Notes: generated from the sequence alone by a model not told the origin. A stretch of DNA of 64,000 bases from Tubiluchus corallicola (GCA_030141605.1 JAQGDQ010000084.1:186001-250000); one strand, 5' to 3'; numbered from the stretch's first letter, positions 39,746-52,470 are shown. Numbers and translations are program-made.

Positions 39746-39882
39746 CATCTCCGTGTTTCTGTAAGAGAATGTGGGTAGTTGCGTTCAGTTTACATAAGTT
39801 TTGTGTACACACTTTCAAGGCAAATGAATACAATGTATGCATACTTGCCCTTTGATAACTGCTGCCTACTACTCAATGACTT

Positions 39883-41989
39883 GTAGCTAAAATTAGGTGG
39901 GGTGCTGCTTCAGAAAATTTTTAGCCATTTTAATATTGTGTAAAATGAAACAAACGTAAAAAGAAAATTTGCACATAAATTTGATAGAATCCTAATCTGA
40001 AAAATATTTCTAATTACTAATAGCCAAAATTGTTACAGTTCAAGTTAAATTAATATAATTAATTAATTTAATAAATTAATTTAAGTTTAAATTGATCCAT
40101 TCATTAAAAAACAAAATCCATTCTTCTTGTTCTACTTTGCACAAAAAGTTTAATAATTTTCTCTTTGATCAACACTGCGTGAGCGACAGTGCTTTCTCTA
40201 CCTAGCTATCTCAGACGTGTGCGCATGGCTGCCTGTGTAAAACACCAAGATGCTGGACTGGCACAGTGCTGGAGTGCACAGTGCTGGAGCTGTCAAGCGC
40301 ACAGTTCCATCGTGTGCTTTGGTTCCGTACAAGGATTTACAAGCACGTACAAGTAAAAACTCGTTATATTGAATATTAGTGTTAATATCGAATGAAAATA
40401 GGGGTGCTGCAGTTCCAACAGTGCCTATACACGAGCCACCACTGTTCATACTTAAACGTCGTTGAACTGAGCAGTGAATGTGGCCAGGGTTTTATGTAAA
40501 CATTTGCTGTTATTGCAAATATCGTTCTCATGTGTGCAGGTAACATGGGCGTAATTTCTGCTGACGTAAATTTCTCATAAATATCCATGCAGGGTAGTTG
40601 ATATTTAGATCCTAATTTTCAACTAGTGAAATGTTGCACGTATGCTGGTTGCACATGTGTGGTAATGGTCAGTGATGATTTAATTTGAGATATTTGATAT
40701 TAGACTTTCTTACGGTACGTATGTAACGTCATAAAAACATTAGCTAGTTTTGCAGTTTCAGCTTGCATACAAACTGAGGTACTCTTGAAATTTAATAGAT
40801 AGATTTATTGATTTTCGTCAGTTACGATTTTAAAGAAACCTGACCACTGTCCTCGCCACATGTTCAGATTTTGTTTTTGACACTAAATTTTAAAATCAAC
40901 GTATCTTTAATAAGCAAGTTTGTGTGTACATAAGTAACTTGTTTAGAGGTACCAATAATTCGTCTTTGTCCTGAATTGTATATATGAAGTTCACTTTTCA
41001 AAGGAGAAGAAATAGCAATTTTAAACTATGTACCAAAATCTTGCCACGCTAAGTTACGTTCCTTAGCACTTGCACTTACGTGTTTGGAAGACTTACGTAA
41101 CTAGAAAACAAAATTCTTAGTAACTTAAAACGTTCGCTGCAATGTCACTGATTCACTTTCCCAGTGTGCATCACTGGTTCACAAAAAACACATTTGTAAT
41201 GTTAATGACAATAATTAAGCTTTTGCTTAGTTAATAAAGTGTGCACCACGAATGCTATGATTACTTTTTATGCGCAATGTTATCTAAACTTGTTTCAAAC
41301 AATCTAACATCAAAATGGCTACACCTAACGGTCATCGTCGGAGTTTAAATTCTCAAGTTTTATACAGCGTTGCTACCAATAGAAACTGTGTGCGATAAGA
41401 CGGCATGTACGTGATGCAAAATTTCAAGACGAATTTTTTTAGCTTTATGTGAGTAAAGTGTTTCTTTTGCTAAGTAGCAAAAGTGGCGGCTCGTGAATGC
41501 CTGTGGAACTGCAGCATCCCCTATTTTCACTCAATGTTATCGATAATACTCAATATAATAAGTCTTTATTCTTTAGTTCTTTCTTTATACTTGTACGGAA
41601 CCAGAGCATGTGAGGGTAGTGCTTTTTGCTTCGTAGCCCAGCACAGTGAGCTCTAGCAATGCAGTGATTGGCTATTGTGCGCATGCGGCCATGTGCACAT
41701 GTGTGAGTCCAGATAGACAAAGTACCGTCGCTCACACAGTTTGTTGTCAGTTGTCACATGCTTACTGTGGATGGTATCGAGCTTGAGCTGCGACAATTTA
41801 GACGACCCGTAAGCAAATAATATTTTTTTGTTTAGGATTTTATCAAGTTAATGAATAAACTTTCATAGGTTTATCTGTCTAAAGTTACACAAGTCACAAG
41901 ATAAAAATTAGATGTTTGTTTGATTTTACACAGTATTAAAACAATGGATAAAAATTTTCTGAAGCAGCACCCCCATTAAATTTAGCTAC
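39883..41989. repeat. Diverged long inverted repeat; arms about 39883-40454 and 41471-41989, spacer about 1 kb
   Basis: Collinear reverse-complement blocks: ggggtgctgcttcagaaaattttt / aaaattttctgaagcagcacccc; gtgagcgac / gtcgctcac; tggttccgtacaag / cttgtacggaacca; tgaaaatagggg..tgctgcagttcca / tggaactgcagca..cccctattttca. Confidence 0.85.
40219..41683 (-). promoter_or_regulatory. Cluster of six metal-response-element cores (TGCRCNC), candidate MTF-1 sites
   Basis: GNGYGCA on the + strand at 40219, 40272, 40532, 41164, 41239 and 41677; ATTGG (CCAAT) at 41667 and NRF1-like TGCGCATGCG at 41678. Function is inferred only. Confidence 0.4.
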
Positions 41990-42093
41990 GGGCCACCACT
42001 GTGTTTAACTATTATATTCTATGCCTATACTGTTGTGGAGTTACATACTAAAATATTTTTATTTTTAATGTAGTGTGTTGGTAGTTTGTGAAT

Positions 42094-42625
42094 ATGAATG
42101 GTGATTCTCTAGAGTCAGACGAAGAGGAACTGCTAGATGTGACCGGTGAGGAATATGGCAGATCTTCAAACAAACCCTCTGTGACTAAACGCATTAACCC
42201 TTTCAATCGCTCGCAAAACAATCGTCAGACCTTTGACCACTTTTCTGTACACAACACCACAACTGCCACTTCTAAACCTGTGCTTCAGTTTCGCAATGAC
42301 GACGAAGACGACGACGAATTGATATTGAATTCGGAGAGAACTCGTAGCCAAAGCAGCGACGATTGCTTTGAGAATCCGTGGACGATGGCGCACAATCATG
42401 TAGTTAGCGACGACGATCGTATGCTTGTTGCAATAGATCATGATGAAGAGTGTCGTGGTCCGGGTGTTAACTGCACGTGTGGCGAAAGTCGCCCGCATAT
42501 AAGTGTCGCTAACGATCACTGTCACGTTGCCCGTCCTTACTACAAATTTCAGTCCAGTCAAGCGAGGAATAGATTAGTTATTGCCAGTGTAGTGTGCTTT
42601 GTTTTTATCATCGGCGAGGTGATCG
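42094..42625 (+). CDS. SLC30A2: ZnT coding exon 1: acidic N-terminus, HCH motif, TM1
   Basis: ATG at 42094; MNGDSLESDEEELL...NDHCHV...ARNRLVIASVVCFVFIIGEVIG; donor G|gtaagt. Confidence 0.9.
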
Positions 42626-42639
42626 GTAAGTAGACTGTT

Positions 42640-43300
42640 TGCCGATAATTGCACTTTCTGTTGAATTTCGTTTTCGTCGAAAATTATCGAGTTTCGTAGT
42701 CGAAACTTTGCGTAATTTTCAGCAGCATTTTCCCCGGGATTTAGTAGTATTTATCCAGCTTACCTCATTTCTCGTAGACGTTTAAAATCGCTGATAAATG
42801 TTGGCTAAAGTAGTTCAAATAAAGCGTAAATATCGTTTATTTATCTTCTTCTACCATTTAGAAGAAGATACCTTTATGACAATATGGCATATCTTCAGTG
42901 CTGACGACTGTGAAGCTTTAAGGTTTCCGAGCACGATAAACCGAAATATCAAAGTGTAATTTGAGTAAAACTACGTTTAATTGTACAATTTATGAAATAT
43001 AGGCAATAAAATGAAATTTGTCAATTTTTGTAACTTCTTGTCCTTTAACCGTAAACATTGTTCTACTTTTTTGGTAAAGATTTTTTGCCCAGCTGCTTCA
43101 TCAAATTTGTATCAGAGCAAACAATGGCAAACAAGCAAAAACAAAAGATTTTATTTCTTTCAGTATTTTTTCACTTTTCATAGTAGTTGGTTTTGCAAAA
43201 ATATTTTCGTTTCAATTTCGTTTCAGTATGTTCGGTTTCTTATGTTTATGTTTCATAAATTTCGGTTTCGATTTGTAATTTCAGTTTCAGTAACTTCCTT
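42640..43300. mobile_element. Unclassified interspersed repeat family J; second copy near 54655-55298
   Basis: Collinear similarity, e.g. tagttcaaataaagcgtaaatatcgtttattta and gctgacgactgtgaagcttta. Confidence 0.7.
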
Positions 43301-43664
43301 GGTTAGTGCAGGTGTTATTTTCTTAAAGGGGAAGAAACGGGCTGTAATACCTTTTAGTGTAATGTACCATGTGAGGTTATTATTGGCTACTACTGTATTA
43401 TTGAGAGTAGTACAACTAACTGTGCTGTGATTGGTACTGGTGGCAGAGGAACCCCAGGTGGTTTGCAAACTTGCATGTGAAGTTGCATTTGATGTGTGTG
43501 CTAGTGCAAAGGACTTGAAGTGCACGTGAAACATGCCTAATCCGGGCCAGATGTTCGACTCGAGCCCCCTAATCCATTCATCAAGCATTTGTGCCAATGC
43601 CCATTACTGCAAATCCAACGACCTTCGTGCAGTTTTACCTGTCTATTGAAAAAATAAAGGAATA

Positions 43665-44260
43665 CAGTAGTACCTCTGTTTTCGACCATACTTCGTTCCT
43701 AAAAAATGTTTGAAAACCGATTTGGAGTACCAAATCATTTATTCCCATAAGAAATAATGTAAAAGCAAGTAATCCGCTGTGAAGCACCAAAAGAACTGTA
43801 AAGTATTACTAAAATGAGAGATAATAATGCAAAAATGTTTATTCAATCAGTAGATATGATATAATTGATAAGAAAAACATAATAGAATTACTTAGCAAGA
43901 AAAGCATAATTATTCCTGCATGAAAAAACCTTACGTGTTGGTGCTTTTTCACAGATAAATGCTTCATTTACACTGTGTCCCAACTGCTTCTCATTAATAA
44001 ACACAAGCAATAACTTCTCAACTTCTTCAATTATCTCAAAATAAGCGTAGAAGGCACTTGGCGATGTTAGGCGATTCAAATGTTGTGTGTGACTACTCTC
44101 GGGGGGGGGGGTTGAGTCGGTTACGCTCGGCTCTCCTCGCCTTGCCACGCATGCGTTCACCAAAATTCTGGTCGAGAGCTGAGACACTTTCAGCTCAAAT
44201 TTTCTGGTCGACAACCGATTTGTACGAATACGGAGACGGTTGACAATGGAGGTATGATTG
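43665..44260. mobile_element. Tigger-like MITE
   Basis: ta|cagtagtacctc...ggaggtatgattg|ta. Confidence 0.6.
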
Positions 44261-45072
44261 TACTGACATTAATCTAACTTTTTCGCTCTTTGCCTTACAA
44301 TAGCACGTACGCTGCCATATTGCACTGGTGAGTTTACTTAGTTACTTCCCAAGTGTCTTTGGCGCACTGCGCTTTCCATTCAGACTTGCACAGAAAAATC
44401 ATAGGGTTCTATGCTCGTTGCCAAGCCAAGAAAAGCAAACTCAAGGCAGATGGTGTAAAGTTTGGAAACAGATGATTTGTCAAGTTAGAGTAAATTTTTT
44501 TGTGTTTTGCATTAAGAACTTCTCAAACATGGCATTATCAAAGCCTACAGGAAAAGCAGTTTACCTGCAAGGCAAACCTACACTGACTCAGCAAATGTCA
44601 GGTCTCAGTCTGAAAAAATTGTTAATACTGATAGTAATTAATTCTTATAATAAATCACTTTAAATTAAACAAATCTTTGCTGTTTCAACTGTTATAATTC
44701 ATTGTACTCCACCTAGGCACAATTTAAACCTCGATTCTCCGAATGTTCTTAAAATGTCGCAGCGAGAATCTGCTTAGATTCTGGCAAAATATAATGAAGT
44801 TCTGGCCCTGCTAATGCATAAGAGTTGGCAAGCGTGATAATGGCTTCATATATGTTACATGTGCACACGGCAATTAAGTTAGATTAGAGCATAGAAAATA
44901 GACACATTAAAAACATTCTAAGTCAGACCGCCCTTGCTACACATGGTTTTTACGTGAATGTGTGTGTATGTGTTTGTGTGGTTAGAAACGACAGGTTGAT
45001 TATACATTAGCTACCTTTAATTTGTGAACTTTACCTGTAATCATCCTCACACCTGTGTTGAACATTTTTCAG

Positions 45073-45219
45073 GTGGATCTTTGGCAAACAGTCTCGCAAT
45101 TATGACGGATGCAGCTCACATGCTGAGTGATTTTGCCAGTTTTCTTATTAGCCTATTCGCTATTTGGTTTGCTAAACGACCTCCCACGAAGAAAATGTCG
45201 TTTGGTTACCATCGAGCAG
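45073..45219 (+). CDS. SLC30A2: ZnT coding exon 2: TM2
   Basis: ttttcag|GT...GCAG|gtaagc; GSLANSLAIMTDAAHMLSDFASFLISLFAIW...SFGYHRA. Confidence 0.97.
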
Positions 45220-46511
45220 GTAAGCATAGAGGCTGAAGCTGAGTCAGTTGACATTGTCTGACTCGCACAGTAAATCAGCTAGCTCGGCCGAGGTTGACTG
45301 ACTTTTCAGCTGAGTTGGCTTAAAGAAAAAATCAGTTAAGTCAGCTAAAGCTACGAATTTTTGTTAATTAAGTAAATGATAAATTGTTAGTTAACTGCTA
45401 AATTATGGAGACAAATTTTTTTTAAATAATTCACATTGCTTCACACAGAGAAAAGCTGATGTAGAAGTTTAAATAATGCATTTGAGATCATTTTTTTATT
45501 ATTATAAAAAAAGTAATAGATTTATTGCAAATATAATTTACATCCATCTTTTGTGGAGGTTTATCTTGCTTACAATGAATTAATTCCAACCACCAAAATG
45601 ATCCCGTGTGATTTACGTTGCCTATTTGTGTCTTTCATTTTGAATTGAAAAACTTTCTCTTTCAAAAATTTCTAAAGTTTAGTATCTCTGCCAGCACACG
45701 CACAATCTGACCGCGAATTCGCGATCCGTTTGCCATATTTCAAACAGTGAATTGCAGTGTCACGTGTTTATCGCAAAAGCGGAAATCTTTGCAGCTGGCA
45801 AACATGTCGGCTAGCTCGACTCCCATCACCGAGTGGCTGGTGCGACTAAAGTTGGGTTTCTTATCAGCTAGGTCGGCTATAGAAATAAACCGGCTGGAGT
45901 TCAGCTGAAATGCCATGTCTCTGGGCTCAAGGCACGCTTCTTGTTCAACTTCCAAATTCTTGCTTTGTTTGCTTCTTTCACTTTGTCAAATTGCCAGTAA
46001 AACTTTTATTGCCAATGAAACTATTACGAGAATACCAAGTATTGATGTTTGTACTAGGTTTGTATGAGTTGTCCTTTATTGGAAAAGCCAAGCCTTCTGG
46101 GAAGTTAAGTTTATTTCAATGTTCACGGAAAAATAGAATGATTTAGTAATAAAACTGCAATATGCACCTCATGTAATCAGTAAAGTCACTTTAAAGTCGC
46201 GATCACTTCGTACTCTCACATTTCCAATGCCCATTCTTCTTCCAATGACGTCACTCGTTTTGAAGAAAAGCAGCGCACTGTCAATCTTCGTCAAAAATAT
46301 TACAAGTTTTACAAAAAAATTAGATAGCTGAGTTTGTAACATTTTTGCGTGAATATTAAGTAAGGTGCAGAAGTTTGAATTAGTTTAAGCAGCGGGCGCT
46401 TACTGAAAGTCTCGAAAATGCGCATGAAAGTTCCTGTACAGTGGTGATATAACATAGCTTTATGTTCATTGGACAGTTTTTTAGCATATTTCTTTGTTAT
46501 AGTTTTCTAAC

Positions 46512-46779
46512 TTTAAGTGATAACAGTAAAATAAACCCTACATACTGAGTGACTCGTTCTTTCCTTTAGCACACCACAAACAGTTTAAGTGATAACAGTA
46601 AAATAAACCCAACATACTGAGTGACTCGTTCTTTCCTTTAGCACACCACAAACAGTTTAAGTGATAACAGTAAAATAAACCCAACATGCTGAGTGACTTG
46701 TTCTTTCCTTTAGCACACCACAAACAGTTTAAGTGATAACAGTAAAATAAACCCAACATACTGAGTGACTTGTTTTTTC
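46512..46779. repeat. 72-bp tandem repeat, about 3.7 copies
   Basis: tttaagtgataacagtaaaataaaccc at 46512, 46584, 46656 and 46728. Confidence 0.95.
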
Positions 46780-47618
46780 CGTTAAAAATGTTTTCCTTCA
46801 GTAATTCTGACATCTGGCATCAGTTACAATTTTGGCAGTGGCACAAGATTCTGGTTTAACTGTTCTAATCAATTGTGCGTGATTGTAAAGCCGTACATTT
46901 ATAACAATTTTAAATGCCTTTCAAATTTTCTTGTATGAAAAGTTAAAAATTACCTAGGCTTATCTACTATTACGTTTAAAAACTGTTGCGAAATATGTAT
47001 ATATATGAGTTTAGATTAATCTACGTAAATTCTGTCACACTGCATAGATTGATGGTCCTATATTGTAACTAGCGCCAAAAAAGCCACACTAAAAATAAAA
47101 AATCTAAACCAGCAAGATGCTGTATAAGTTACTTTGCCTTTGTGGTGGGAGTGTCGCAGATGTGAGAATTTAATTTACAGTTTATTATTAATTTTGATTT
47201 GTAGTTTTAAACTTTTGTTTTTCACTGCCACTGAGTCAGTGCTGACATCTGTTTGTCCACTTGGAATTTTCCAGTATATGTATGTACTTGCTACTGCGAC
47301 ATGTTTGTATAGAACTGGGTCACTTGGCTTCTCTGTGAATAACTACTACTCGTGATTTGGTAGCAAGATGAGTGGACAAGCAATAGGCTAAAACAGTGGT
47401 TATAACGTTTGTGACTCAGGTGCCATGATATATTGGAAACTTCCAAATGAACAGATCTCAGCACTGACTTAGTGGTAGTGAAAAACAAAAGTTTAAAGCT
47501 ACAAATCAAAATTATTAATAAAGTGTAAATAAATGCTCGCATCTGTGACGACTAGTATGAATTAGTATGGATTTATTCATTTCAGAACCAGTATTAACTT
47601 ACAATTTGCACTTTGCAG

Positions 47619-47772
47619 AAGTACTTGGAGCCGTAGTGAGCATCATGATCATATGGGTTCTAACTGGTGTTTTAGTGTACATGGCCATACAGCGTGTGAT
47701 ATATCAGGACTACGAAATTGACACGGTAGTCATGCTCATCACTTCGGCTTGTGGTGTTGCAGTCAATCTTGT
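47619..47772 (+). CDS. SLC30A2: ZnT coding exon 3: TM3-TM4
   Basis: tttgcag|AA...GT|gtgagt; EVLGAVVSIMIIWVLTGVLVYMAIQR...MLITSACGVAVNL. Confidence 0.96.
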
Positions 47773-50212
47773 GTGAGTGTTACATCGTATAAATTCTATA
47801 ACTAGATTTGGAAATCAACAGCAAATCATTTTTACTGTTCCAATGATTGATGATGATCGTTAAAAGGTCAAAGGTTAAATGTACCAGACAACGCATTTGT
47901 GTACACTTGACAATAGCTCGCAGACCATGCTGTTGTAATAGTAACAGTTTTAACAACTAGCTAGAACCTTACCTAGTTCATTTTTTCTTGTTCCCAACCA
48001 AGATCCTGCTAGTAAATCACTCTAACTGATGTATAACTAATCATGCTCAGACTAATGTATAACTAAGTAAAGTCTACGTAAAACAATTGAGGTTGCTGAA
48101 ATGATGTACTAGACGGCTTTTCTTTACACACATGTCATGTGACGTTGTGGTTGTGGTGACTAATGTATAACTAAGTAAATTTCACGTAAAACAATTGAGG
48201 TTACTGAAATGATGTACTAGACGGCTTTGCTTTGCACACATGTCACGTGACGGTTGTGGTGACTAATGTATAACTAAGTAAAGTCTACGTAAAACAATTG
48301 AGGTTACTGAAATGTTGTACTAGACGGCTTTGCTTTACACGCATGTCACGTGACTGCTGTGGTGACTAATGCATAATTAAGTAACATTCACATAAAACGA
48401 CTGAACTTACTGAACTGATGCAGCAGACGGAAACAGGACGAACCCGCTATTTTAGGAACGTATAATATTAACACCTAAAAATGAGTATACAGTCATAACA
48501 AAAGCTCAGCGCCCTCTACTTAGTCATTTCTTAGTGATTTTTCTTTTTTCATGTGACGTTAACCTGTTGTTGTTTTTTTGCACACTTTGGCTCATGCTGT
48601 ATGCCGGAAAACACAGAAAGGCAGGGCCTACTCAAACAGGTGTGCATGCGACGTGACCAGAGCCTAGGTCATCATCAAGGATATCCAGTAGGTGCCGCTT
48701 AATAGACTCACTTTGGGACCGAAGTGTTGTGACCCAATTAACCGAGTGAACCTATTAACCGATGGTGTAGTATTACAGGTATAGAAGTATGAGTCATCGG
48801 CTTACTATGCACTGCATGGGCTTTTAATGAATTTTAGAAATGAAGTAATGCCTAAATTCCTTCGTGCAGTTAAAAATTTAAAAAAAAATTGAAATATTAA
48901 TTTTATAATAAGTGAATTAGGAATAATTTAAAAAGTATAAGTTTCTAAATCACACAGATCTGTTTATATGGGAAAATGACTGTACCTGCATCTTTGACTG
49001 TTAACTCATTAAGCCCGATAGCGTGATTTGCAATGAGAGCATCAAAAGGAAACCGCTAGGCAAGTTTAGCTTTCAGAAATTCATTAGGTAACGAGGTTAA
49101 TTGCAGTGGGCGAGCGGGTAATAGATTCAAAGCAAAACCGCTAGGCTAGCGTATTAGCGCATGATAAACGTACCTGTTTACAAACAAAACGGTACTTAAC
49201 ATGATTGTTTCTACATATATAATGCACAAAAGGGAAGTAAAGATGACATAAAAGTAGGAAAGGCTGTTTGGCCATATACAAAATGCCTTATTTTAAGTAG
49301 GAAAAATATTGAGTCAGTTAAGCGAAGTTATTTGAGTCAATTACCTACAGTTTTTACATGTATACATTTGAATACAAGTGGTCCGTACCAAGTGTTTGAG
49401 TCAGTTAAGCGATTGAGTCTATTAACCGTGAGTCTATCAAGCGGCGCCTACTATATTTCTAGCATGAGCCACCGAACCAACAGTGGTTTAGATCCTGCTC
49501 CACAAGTTGAGTCACGCATGATTCTGCCGGGGGCAAACATTTACCAGCCATCGTCCTCTTCCATAGGCTTTTGCCTATTGAGGAAACCGTGGCATCTGCG
49601 TGAAACATGAAGACTACCGTTCGGTTAGAAAACAAGCCACAGCAACGAGAAATGAGAACAGGCCTTTTCACAGTTTCGCTGTGTGCACGTGCAGTTGCTG
49701 TAGGTCAAAGATTAAGTGTAACATACCAAAGCATTTTAATTACAACCTTCACGTGACACGTGGGTAAAGCAAAGCCCTTTACAACATCAGTTCAGTAACT
49801 TCAATTGTTTTACGTGGACTTTACTTAATTATGCATTAGTCCACGCATGAGTGATTTACTAGCAGTATCTTGCTTGGGAACAAGAAAAATGAACTAGGTA
49901 AGATTCTATCTAGCTGCTAAAACTGTTACTATTGCAATAGCATGGGCTTCACTGCGTTGTCTGGTAGACTTAACCTTTGACCTTTTAACGATTATCACCA
50001 ATCACTTGAACTATAAAAAGGCTTATCATGGACTTTTTATTAGTTATATTTATGCTCGTTATCAAGAATTACCCCCATGTATAAACTATATGTGACTGTG
50101 CATATTCGTATAACTTGCAATTACTCATCCCCCTGACTAATTTAGAACTAACACAATGTTGCATACTTTCTGTATACGAAGGTTTACGACATCTTGTTAC
50201 TAAATGTTTCAG

Positions 50213-50399
50213 CATGGGCGGTATCCTTCACGGAGCATTTTTCTGTTGTGCCAGCGGAAGTGCTTTCACACATTCCAGTCTTGGACACAATCACGGCGAG
50301 TCCAAAAACATTAACATACGAGCAGCAATGATACACGTGATTGGCGATCTGGTCCAAAGCGTTGGCGTCCTCGTGGCTGCTTATATTATACATTATAAG
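50213..50399 (+). CDS. SLC30A2: ZnT coding exon 4: His loop and TM5
   Basis: tttcag|C...AAG|gtacga; MGGILHG...GHNHGESKNINIRAAMIHVIGDLVQSVGVLVAAYII. Confidence 0.96.
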
Positions 50400-50578
50400 G
50401 TACGAGAACTTCCGATTTATCCTTTAAGTAAATGGACTTGTGGCGTTTTGCAATATGTTACAGGCTAAGTGTAGCTTGTTTGGAGAATTTCAAATACTAT
50501 ATCGTGTTTACACTATGTGCTAAGATTTGTGTTGCTTTTTGCTAAGATTTTGGTTAAAGTTTAGAAATATTGCTTTAT

Positions 50579-50924
50579 TGTTGTGAAGATCCACTAGAAT
50601 TAAATAGAATATTGTAGAATGTTCTATAGTATAGTAGAACAATCTTCTTACCTTGTAGAAGTTTCTAGAACTTTCTATTTCTAGGTTGTTCCCTGTTACT
50701 GATATATAAGGCGGAGCTGGCCGTTGAAGATTATTCTCTTATTCTCTTGTATCCTCATATTCTCAGATACGCTTTCACGTTTCCAGATTATCACATTTAC
50801 CGTAAACATTTCGCGTTCCTTCATACTTTTGTGTTGTAGAATTCTCGTATAATAAACTAGTTTAATTTGACGACGTGTTTTCTGGTTTTCTCTACGAGCC
50901 TTCCGAGAGGAGCAAAACACAACA
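50579..50924 (+). mobile_element. Solo LTR, same family
   Basis: TGTTGTG...CACAACA with a perfect 5-bp TSD tttat. Confidence 0.88.
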
Positions 50925-50930
50925 TTTATA

Positions 50931-51660
50931 CAGTAAGTCCTTGCTTAACGATGCCAATGCATTCCAGAAAAATGCAATGTTAAGCGAAACATAGTTAAAC
51001 GAAGCTAAATCTTCCATAAAAAGTAATGTAAAACAATTGAGATACGTTCCAGAAAAAAAATCACTGCTGCTTAAATCGTATACATCAGAGTTTTATTCAT
51101 ATACCTGCTGAATAATTGCTTTCTGTTTGCTTGAAACCACCTGTCTTTCTATAATATCCAGTTAAACGTGCTAGTAGTTCTGTTTCCTTAGCACTTAAGC
51201 CTATGTATAGACAGTTAACAGTTAAACAAGTCTGTATTAAGTGACCTTGAGACAATTTTGTGTTGTACTAACTTGGTTACTATAGCAACAGCTAGGTTGC
51301 AAACAAAATTTCTTGGCATAAAGTTTAAACTCTGGTGTCTGGAGGCTTATAAATCTGCAAACAGATCTCTCTTGATACAAAGGTCAAAAGCCGCTATAAT
51401 TTAGTACGCAGTCAGTAGGGAAGCAAAAGCATTATAATAACTGCACTGTTTAGATTACTAATGCATTTTTAGAATGGATAAATGCGATATGTACCGTTTT
51501 AATGCTTCAAATTAGGTAAAAAACGTTGTTGATGAAATGAAAGCAAAAAATCATCGTTAAAAAGAAACACGCGTCGTTAAGTGAGAAAAAGATGTCAAAT
51601 GTTCAGCGCCGTTAAAACGTAACATCGCTAAATGGGGAGTCTTTAAGCGAGGTCTTACTG
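50931..51660. mobile_element. Tc1/pogo-like MITE (CAGTAAGTCC TIR)
   Basis: ta|cagtaagtccttgcttaa...ttaagcgaggtcttactg. Confidence 0.78.
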
Positions 51661-51702
51661 TGCATTAATAGCTGGATATTTATGTGCTTTTTTTTATTTC
51701 AG

Positions 51703-51808
51703 CCTGAATGGAAATTAGCCGATCCTATATGTACATTCATGTTTTCTCTGCTAGTTTTGCTCACCACTGTGAACGTAATGAAAGATGCCGTCAACGTCTT
51801 GATGGAAG
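51703..51808 (+). CDS. SLC30A2: ZnT coding exon 5: TM6
   Basis: tttcag|CCT...GAAG|gtgcgt; PEWKLADPICTFMFSLLVLLTT...VLMEG. Confidence 0.96.
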
Positions 51809-51951
51809 GTGCGTTTGCGTTTTGTGAACAGTCTGTAACGCAAAAGTTAGTCTGTATAAGCATTCGTCAAAAGAAAGCCCAAGCCTTCTGGAATGTTTGT
51901 ATATTTAAACTATGTATTGGAATATGAAAACATTATACAATTATTATTTTA

Positions 51952-52470
51952 CTAGCAATGGCCCCGCAAAAAAATTTGCGTATAAATACAATTATAATCA
52001 AAAATGCGCGAACATTCTCCCTAGTGTCTAACGCAAAGCGAGCAGCAGCCACTTTTACTGAATTAAAGTTATAGACAGAGTATAATGGATGACGTCAGAA
52101 CAATGGCTTTGCGTCAGCAGTTTTCCAAGCAAAAATTGCCGAAAATAGAACATCTAATTAACTCGTCGTCACTCCTCTTGGTGGACCTGTCCTAACATAT
52201 AGCCCACATCATCGTGTAGCCCTGTTCTTCCTCTTTCTAAAGAGCTATATATCTCCTTTCGAGAGTCCTACCAGGTGCTGCCAGAACGTTTTAACCAGAT
52301 GCTGTTTGGTGAAAATATCGAAAAAATTGCGAGTTGGGTCCGGGAAAACGCCCGTTATGGGACGCCATGGCCCTCTCACGAATTCTAAATATGCCTACTA
52401 CACCCACCGCTGAACGGGCTATCTATCCATAGCCAGCATCACCCATGGCCCGTTCCCGTTCTTCAGATCT
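51952..52470 (-). mobile_element. Possible Helitron 3' portion
   Basis: Minus strand ends CTAG|T with hairpin cgcaaa-aaaa-tttgcg just inside; GC-richer interior. Confidence 0.4.

Noticed and set aside
42166-42561. 131-aa antisense ORF
   Set aside because: Shadow of ZnT coding exon 1; the ORFs at 4872-5120 and 50184-50393 are likewise exon shadows.
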